Source of the DNA: a virus
Reading direction: 5' to 3' (one strand)
Virus record (IMG/VR): IMGVR_UViG_3300037961_005010
Location: 1-64,000 of that record
DNA length: 64,000 nucleotides
A program made the position numbers and the translations under genes. A model generated the notes under the pieces. That model was given only the letters and a program-made list of their open reading frames with translations. It ran no database searches and was not told where the DNA came from. This document shows positions 57,998-64,000 of this stretch, piece after piece (position 1 is the first letter of the stretch; the number at the start of each line of letters is the position of its first letter).

Positions 57998-59553
57998 TGG
58001 GTTTAAGTAGAAAATTAGCTGATCTAGGTAAATTCATAGATTCTGCCGCCACGAGTGACTTCTTAACGGTTGACGATTCAGGCGGTAAGTTTAGAGATGT
58101 TTTATGGACAGAGATAGCTGGAAAACCAACTACTCTAGACTCTGCGGCTGCACAAGCGATTGTGGACTCGGCATATGTCCAGGCCAGACAAGTTGACGTA
58201 GGCCTAGACTCAGCATTAGTAACATCATTAGTAGACTCATCTTACGTTCAAGCAAGGCAGGGCGACGTAGGCCTAGACTCAGCAGGAATAACTGGAATTG
58301 TAGACTCAGCATATGTAAATGCTAGAATAACTTCTGGTCTCGATTCAGCTGGAACGATAAGCTTGGTAGACTCTACTTATGTAGATGCAAGAACAACTGC
58401 TAACTCAGGATTTAAGAACTATAGGTACACAGCAACAGCTGGTCAAACCGCGTTTACTAACTCAGATGAAAATGGTAGTGTGTTATCTTATTCTGGCGAC
58501 GCCTTACTTGTTTTTTATAACGGTGTTGTTCTGGAACCTACGGTTGACTATAGTACTTCAGGAAGTAACACTGTAACTTTGACAGAAGGTGCAGATTCTG
58601 GAGTTTCTGTGAACGTTGCAACGTGGACAATTCAATCAAGCGGCGGTAGTACCTCTTTTTGGGGTGGAGATAGGGGACTTCTTGGTGGAGGAGATACTGG
58701 AGGCTCGCCAGGAACTAATGTTATTGATTATTGGGATATTACATCATCAGGAAATGCTACTGACTTTGGTGATTTAGTTAGCTCAAAGCACAGTATGTCA
58801 GATGGTACTGGTAATACTACTCGAGGAGTATTTTGTGGAGGTTATGTCGGTTCAACGTTTACAACTGTAGATGAGATTGATTATGTAACTGTTTCAACAA
58901 CAGGCAACGCTCAAGATTTTGGCAATTTAACTACTGGATCATATGTAGGAGCTACAGCAGGTAATGGAACTTATGGTGTAACTGCTATAGGTTATGATAA
59001 TGGAGCTACTGTTGTAAATACTTTAGATTACTTTACGATTGCCACCACAGGAAACGCATCAGACTTTGGTGATTTAACAACAGCTAGATACGCAACGGCA
59101 GGAGCTGAAAACGGTACTTATTCGTTATACATGGGTGGACAGTCACCGATAACTAATGTCGTTGACTATATAACCGTAGCTTCTCCAGGAAATGCTACTG
59201 ACTTTGGTGATCTGACTCAAAGCCTTCGTGGTGGGGCGGCTTGTGCTGATGCTACTCGAGCGGTTGTTGGCGGTGGATTTGACAGTTCTCCAGGAAGAAC
59301 TAACGTGATGGAGTATTTTACTGTTGACACCCCAAGTAACGGCACAGATTTTGGCGATTTGACAAACTCTATCAATAGCTCCCATGCTTGCTCTAACACT
59401 ACTTATGGCACATGGGCTGGAGGTAGCGATAATTCTGGTTCGGTTAATGTTATTCAAATTGTGACTATTCAAACAGCAGGGAATGCTACTGATCACGGGG
59501 ATCTAACATCATCACGGAACGGCGGGGCAGCATGTTCAGGCGCCGCTTCATAA
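57997..59553 (+). CDS. Long-stalk fibre protein: LDS/VDS repeats + propeller
   Basis: Same architecture as 56355-57974. Confidence 0.8.
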   Translation: MGLSRKLADLGKFIDSAATSDFLTVDDSGGKFRDVLWTEIAGKPTTLDSAAAQAIVDSAYVQARQVDVGLDSALVTSLVDSSYVQARQGDVGLDSAGITGIVDSAYVNARITSGLDSAGTISLVDSTYVDARTTANSGFKNYRYTATAGQTAFTNSDENGSVLSYSGDALLVFYNGVVLEPTVDYSTSGSNTVTLTEGADSGVSVNVATWTIQSSGGSTSFWGGDRGLLGGGDTGGSPGTNVIDYWDITSSGNATDFGDLVSSKHSMSDGTGNTTRGVFCGGYVGSTFTTVDEIDYVTVSTTGNAQDFGNLTTGSYVGATAGNGTYGVTAIGYDNGATVVNTLDYFTIATTGNASDFGDLTTARYATAGAENGTYSLYMGGQSPITNVVDYITVASPGNATDFGDLTQSLRGGAACADATRAVVGGGFDSSPGRTNVMEYFTVDTPSNGTDFGDLTNSINSSHACSNTTYGTWAGGSDNSGSVNVIQIVTIQTAGNATDHGDLTSSRNGGAACSGAAS

Positions 59554-59565
59554 GGAAATAAAAAA

Positions 59566-61122
59566 ATGGCTTTTAGTAGAAGTAGAAAATTAGGTAACTT
59601 AGGTAAGTCGATAGATAGCTCGGCACTAAGCGATTTCTTAACGGTTGACGACTCAGGTGGTAAGTTTCGCGATGTACAATATTCCGAAATAACTGGAAAG
59701 CCTACTCTACTAGACTCTTCAACTCTTTCATCTCTCGTAGATTCATCTTATATTCAATTAAGACAAACTGATGTTGGAATTGATTCCGGTCAAATTACTA
59801 ATTTAGTTGACTCATCTTACGTTCAAGCAAGACAAGGTGCTGGTGGTTTAGACTCAGCTAAAACTACTAACTTAATTGACTCATCTTACGTAGCTGCAAG
59901 AATAACAGCTGGATTAGACTCATCTTCTACAATAAACTTAGTAGATTCAGATTATGTAGGAGCTAGAACATCTGCTAATTCTGGTTTTACATACTACAAG
60001 TATACATCAACAGCAGGACAAACTGCTTATACTGGTGCTGATGATAATGGAGAAACATTATCTTACAGTACATCTACTGACAATATATTAGTTTTTTATA
60101 ACGGCATTTTGCTCATACCAACAGATGATTATACAACTTCTGGTGGAGACACTGTAACTCTTACTACTGCAGCAGATTCTGGTTCTCCAGTGACAATAGG
60201 AAGATGGGCTGTTGCTGCTCCGGCCGGTAACTTTATATCTTGGGGTGGAGCTCGAGCTTTGACTTTTATGCAAGGACAAACTAACGGTGACGCGATAAAT
60301 TATTTTGCTATGGCAACACCAGGAAATGCTTCAACTTTTGGTACTACATCAGGTGTTTCAAACGATGGCGGTAGTGCAGTTTCTGACGCAACATATGCAG
60401 TGTTTGCCGGTCACACTAATAGTACATCATATGACGATGTTCAATATGTAACAGTATCTACACTAGGCAATACTTCTACTGGAATGGTTATAGATCCTTA
60501 TGATGACATGGGATCAGCTTCTGATGGTACTAATGCTTTTTATTTTGGTGGATATAGAACAAATCCTTGGTTAAACAAAATTCAAAAGTTTTCTATATCT
60601 ACATTTTCAGGAACGGCATCAGATTTTGGTGATCTAGTAGAAGGTTTACTAGGCCTATGTGGTTTTGGAAATACTGATAGAATCATAGCAGCTGGTGGCA
60701 GCGCATATGCAAACTTGTATAGAAACACTATACAATACTGGAACCCTTCATCATCCACAAACGCATCAGACTTTGGCGATTTAAATTTTAGTACACACAG
60801 TCTTGGTGGATGTAGCGATTTAACGAGAGGTGTAGTGGGAGGAGGTTATAATGGATCTTCATATGAAAATAGCTTAGATTATGTTACTATAGCGTCTACA
60901 GGTAATGCTACAGATTTTGGAGATTTAAACTATTCAAGATCAGGAACAAAATCTGCTGGAACTGATGGTGTATACGGCGTATTTGCTGGAGGTTATAACG
61001 GCAGTGCTAGAGATGACGGAATAAATAGAATTACCATTCAAACAACCGGAAACTCCACAGACTTTGGTAATTTAACTGAAGGTGGTTCAACGGCTTCTAC
61101 AACAGCAGGTAATGCTTCATAA
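59566..61122 (+). CDS. Long-stalk fibre protein: LDS/VDS repeats + propeller
   Basis: Same architecture. Confidence 0.8.
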   Translation: MAFSRSRKLGNLGKSIDSSALSDFLTVDDSGGKFRDVQYSEITGKPTLLDSSTLSSLVDSSYIQLRQTDVGIDSGQITNLVDSSYVQARQGAGGLDSAKTTNLIDSSYVAARITAGLDSSSTINLVDSDYVGARTSANSGFTYYKYTSTAGQTAYTGADDNGETLSYSTSTDNILVFYNGILLIPTDDYTTSGGDTVTLTTAADSGSPVTIGRWAVAAPAGNFISWGGARALTFMQGQTNGDAINYFAMATPGNASTFGTTSGVSNDGGSAVSDATYAVFAGHTNSTSYDDVQYVTVSTLGNTSTGMVIDPYDDMGSASDGTNAFYFGGYRTNPWLNKIQKFSISTFSGTASDFGDLVEGLLGLCGFGNTDRIIAAGGSAYANLYRNTIQYWNPSSSTNASDFGDLNFSTHSLGGCSDLTRGVVGGGYNGSSYENSLDYVTIASTGNATDFGDLNYSRSGTKSAGTDGVYGVFAGGYNGSARDDGINRITIQTTGNSTDFGNLTEGGSTASTTAGNAS

Positions 61123-61133
61123 GGGAATCATAA

Positions 61134-62711
61134 ATGCCAAACTATAGTAATAGAAGACTTGCAAACCTAGCTAATGCAGTTGACAGCGCTACTTCCGGAA
61201 ACTTTTTAACAGTAGATGATTCATCTCAAGGTAAGTTCTTATCTCCTGTGTGGAGTACACATATAACCAATGTGCCTAGTGGTCTTTTAGATTCTTCTTT
61301 AGCTCAAGGATTATTTGATTCTGCATATATTCAAGCTAGACAAACTGACGTAGGTCTAGACTCAGCATTAGTAACATCACTTATAGACACAACATATGTT
61401 CAAGCCAGAGCTGGAGGCGCTGGTTTAGATTCTGCAGCGGCAATTGCTCTTATAGACTCTGCGTATGTTGCTGCAAGATTAACATCAGGATTAGATTCTG
61501 CTGGAATTTCATCTATTATAGATTCAGACTACGCTGCAGCGAGAGTATCAGCCGGATCTGGATTTCAAATGTATGAGTACAAGGCAACTGCTGGACAAAC
61601 AGTATTTGACTCTACTGATGATAACGGAGAAACATTAGCATATGATGCAAATGGAATACTTGTATTTCTCAATGGTGTTTTATTACTAGACACGTTTGAC
61701 TACACCGCGTCAAATGGAACAAGTGTTACACTAACAGATAGTTCTGACTCAGGTGCTAATTTACAAATTATAAAATACGGTATTGCTACTAGTGGAGGTG
61801 GAACTAGTGCTTTATATTATGGTGATCGTGGACTTAGATTTGGTGGTTATGACACAGGCGTTGATCATTCAAATGTAATAGATTACTGGAACATAGCCTC
61901 CTCTACAGGAAACGCTGTAGACTTCGGCGATCTAACTCGAAAAAGAAGTTATATTGCTTCTTGTTCTAATGCATCTAGAGCTCTTTCATTTGGTGGTCAA
62001 TCATCTTCCCCCTTTGCTAGCGGATCAGATATAATAGATTATGTTACAATAGCCTCTACCGGCAATGCCACGGATTTTGGTGACATGCTTTCCGCGAGAA
62101 ACCGAGCAGCATGTGAAAGCAATGGAACAAGAGCTATTCATGGAGGTGGCACTGACGGAAGCAGTAATGTTAATACCATAGAGTATGCCACAATAGCAAC
62201 CACAGGAAACACTATTGACTTTGGTGATTTATCAGTAGCTAGAGAGCGTCTTTCGGCAGCATCTAACGGGTCGAGAATAGTTTTTATCGGTGGTCAGGCA
62301 GGCGGTTATTCCAACACTATGGATTATGTTACTGGCGATACTACAGGAAATGCGCAAGACTTTGGCGACCTTCTAACTCCTCTTAGTAACCACGGAGCTA
62401 CAGGAACAGGATCTGGAGATCGAGCTATAGTGTTTGGTGGCCTGGCCAGTGGTAGCTATCACAATGTTATTCAATATTTTCCTGTTTCAACAACAGGAAA
62501 CTCGTCAGATTTCGGAGACCTATTAGGAAATCACGCCTATGCTTCCGCTTGTTGTAATTCAACCAAAGCTCAGTTTGTTGGGGGTTACAATCCTGGTGAT
62601 ATAGACATAATACAACAAGTAACAATGGCTACTCTAGGAAACGCAACAGATTATGGAGATTTAACTGAAGCGGTGTATAGTTCTGGTGCAACTTCAGGAA
62701 ATGCGTCATAG
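61134..62711 (+). CDS. Long-stalk fibre protein: LDS/IDS repeats + propeller
   Basis: Same architecture. Confidence 0.8.
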   Translation: MPNYSNRRLANLANAVDSATSGNFLTVDDSSQGKFLSPVWSTHITNVPSGLLDSSLAQGLFDSAYIQARQTDVGLDSALVTSLIDTTYVQARAGGAGLDSAAAIALIDSAYVAARLTSGLDSAGISSIIDSDYAAARVSAGSGFQMYEYKATAGQTVFDSTDDNGETLAYDANGILVFLNGVLLLDTFDYTASNGTSVTLTDSSDSGANLQIIKYGIATSGGGTSALYYGDRGLRFGGYDTGVDHSNVIDYWNIASSTGNAVDFGDLTRKRSYIASCSNASRALSFGGQSSSPFASGSDIIDYVTIASTGNATDFGDMLSARNRAACESNGTRAIHGGGTDGSSNVNTIEYATIATTGNTIDFGDLSVARERLSAASNGSRIVFIGGQAGGYSNTMDYVTGDTTGNAQDFGDLLTPLSNHGATGTGSGDRAIVFGGLASGSYHNVIQYFPVSTTGNSSDFGDLLGNHAYASACCNSTKAQFVGGYNPGDIDIIQQVTMATLGNATDYGDLTEAVYSSGATSGNAS

Positions 62712-62734
62712 TAAAGCTTAAAGGAAAGTAATAA
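62697..62734 (+). repeat. 38-bp gene-junction direct repeat, copy 2
   Basis: See 57960-57997. Confidence 0.85.
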
Positions 62735-63988
62735 ATGAGTCAATACAGTGAAATAAGAGTTAACACTATAACAGATTCAACTGGATCTGTCGCTGTCGAT
62801 TTTGAAAATGGACTTACTATAGGAGGAAAGGCACTAGACGATTCAGGCGGAGCTATTCAATTAAATAAAATAATAGATTCAGCTGACGCGCCTTCAGATT
62901 CTGCTTCTTATTATGGCTTAATGTGGTACGACAGCGCTAACACTAGATTGAATATATACACTCCAATTGGTTGGAGAACAATAAGAGGTGATCAGGCTCC
63001 TAGCGGTGGTGGAGGTAGTTCGAACGCAACTCATGCTTTTGCTCTTGGTGGAACATACTACAACGGAAACTATTACGTTACCGCTGCAAATCACATTGAA
63101 ACATTAACAATAGCAACTACTGGTAACGCAACTGATTTTGGTGACATAACTGCTTCTGGTTCTATCGCACTAGGTATTTCAGAAATAGCAGCAGGAGGAG
63201 ATCATAGCAGAATCGTACTAGGTTCGGCGTTAGTAGATAACGGATATGGTAACGCAGGAGATCTTGCTAATGGTACCGGAATACATTACATAACTTGTGC
63301 GACCCCAGGTAATACTGTAGACTTTGGCGATCTTCCATCAGATTATTTTAATGAAAACGGAGGCGATGCTGGGGCTGGTTACATGCACTTTAGGTCCAAT
63401 GGATCTGGTAGCAGCACTAGTATTGTTACAGTTACAATTCAAACTACTGGAAACGCATCTGATCTAATAGATTTAAGTGGTGCGGAGGGATATTCATTTG
63501 GCGGTGTAAGTTCTAATGATACAAGAGCGCTTGCTTTTGGTGGAAGATATGGTAACGCTTTTGGTGTTGCAGTTGATTATTTCACTCCAGGAAATTCGTC
63601 AGTAGCAGCTGCTGACTTTGGTGATCTCTTGTTGGGTTCTAATAAACCAGCAGTAACAAACGACAATGTAAACAGAACAATTTATCACGAATCATATAAT
63701 GGCTCTGGATTTTCCTGGGGAAGTTTATCAAATACTTTAGCCTATCTTGACACAGCGACTTTAGGAAACGCAGTGGATTTTGGTGATTTATCATCGGCTA
63801 GACAAGGAGGAGGAGCTTCGGCCAATAACACTAGAGCTCTGTTTTTTGGTGGAGAATCAAATAGTTCAAGCGATAGCTATGCACACAATACGGTTGATTA
63901 CGTGACAGTAGCTACTCCAGGAAACGCTACAGACTTCGGTGATGTTTCAAGAAGAAGACAAACATGCGGTTCTGAGGGAATAGGTTAA
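62735..63988 (+). CDS. Short-adaptor fibre protein with variant propeller (ends SEGIG)
   Basis: N-terminus resembles 50486-51646; propeller resembles 55038-56285. Confidence 0.75.
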   Translation: MSQYSEIRVNTITDSTGSVAVDFENGLTIGGKALDDSGGAIQLNKIIDSADAPSDSASYYGLMWYDSANTRLNIYTPIGWRTIRGDQAPSGGGGSSNATHAFALGGTYYNGNYYVTAANHIETLTIATTGNATDFGDITASGSIALGISEIAAGGDHSRIVLGSALVDNGYGNAGDLANGTGIHYITCATPGNTVDFGDLPSDYFNENGGDAGAGYMHFRSNGSGSSTSIVTVTIQTTGNASDLIDLSGAEGYSFGGVSSNDTRALAFGGRYGNAFGVAVDYFTPGNSSVAAADFGDLLLGSNKPAVTNDNVNRTIYHESYNGSGFSWGSLSNTLAYLDTATLGNAVDFGDLSSARQGGGASANNTRALFFGGESNSSSDSYAHNTVDYVTVATPGNATDFGDVSRRRQTCGSEGIG

Positions 63989-64000
63989 GGAAAAAACTAA

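Noticed and set aside
642-60279. Antisense and alternative-frame ORFs in the track (e.g. 976-1242, 17220-17669, 47046-47576, 59143-59496)
   Set aside because: They overlap well-supported genes, lack SDs and motifs, and are expected shadows of biased codon usage.
48187-63988. Diversity-generating retroelement or invertase shufflon acting on the fibre array
   Set aside because: No reverse transcriptase or recombinase in the window, no near-identical TR/VR pair differing only at adenines, and all genes are full-length on one strand.
1-64000. Alternative genetic code or stop-codon readthrough
   Set aside because: Core genes translate full-length with the standard code, and TAA, TAG and TGA all occur as normal stops.

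Overview
A 64-kb segment of a large, AT-rich T4-like myovirus (marine-type Tevenvirinae-like phage). SD-led genes and IHF-consensus sites point to a proteobacterial host (inference). Layout: (1) 1-4.6 kb glycan-modification cluster (sulfotransferase, three methyltransferases, two GT25, further glycosyltransferase-like genes); (2) 4.7-13.9 kb early/hypervariable region of small ORFs under repeated sigma70-type promoters, with a radical SAM plus separate SPASM gene, a 2OG-Fe(II) oxygenase, a C-to-G skew switch with palindromes (origin candidate) and a structured leader RNA; (3) gp33, gp32 and the T4-type baseplate/tail module (tape-measure candidate, gp51-like, gp26, gp54, gp2, gp4, gp48, gp53, hub, gp5 split over three genes, gp25, gp6, gp7-like, gp8, VrlC-like); (4) a second glycosyl/methyltransferase and QueC-like cluster inside the tail-fibre region; (5) an array of 12 fibre genes, 10 carrying a 'DYxTIATTGNAxDFGDL' repeat propeller. 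Main hypotheses: Asp-Ser (DS) motifs concentrated in outer virion proteins plus two glycosylation clusters suggest a phage-encoded virion O-glycosylation system; a -1 slippery site joins gp26 to the gp51-like ORF upstream of the tape measure gene; IHF-consensus sites sit at a fixed distance from four early promoters. All product calls come from motifs read by eye, with no database searches.
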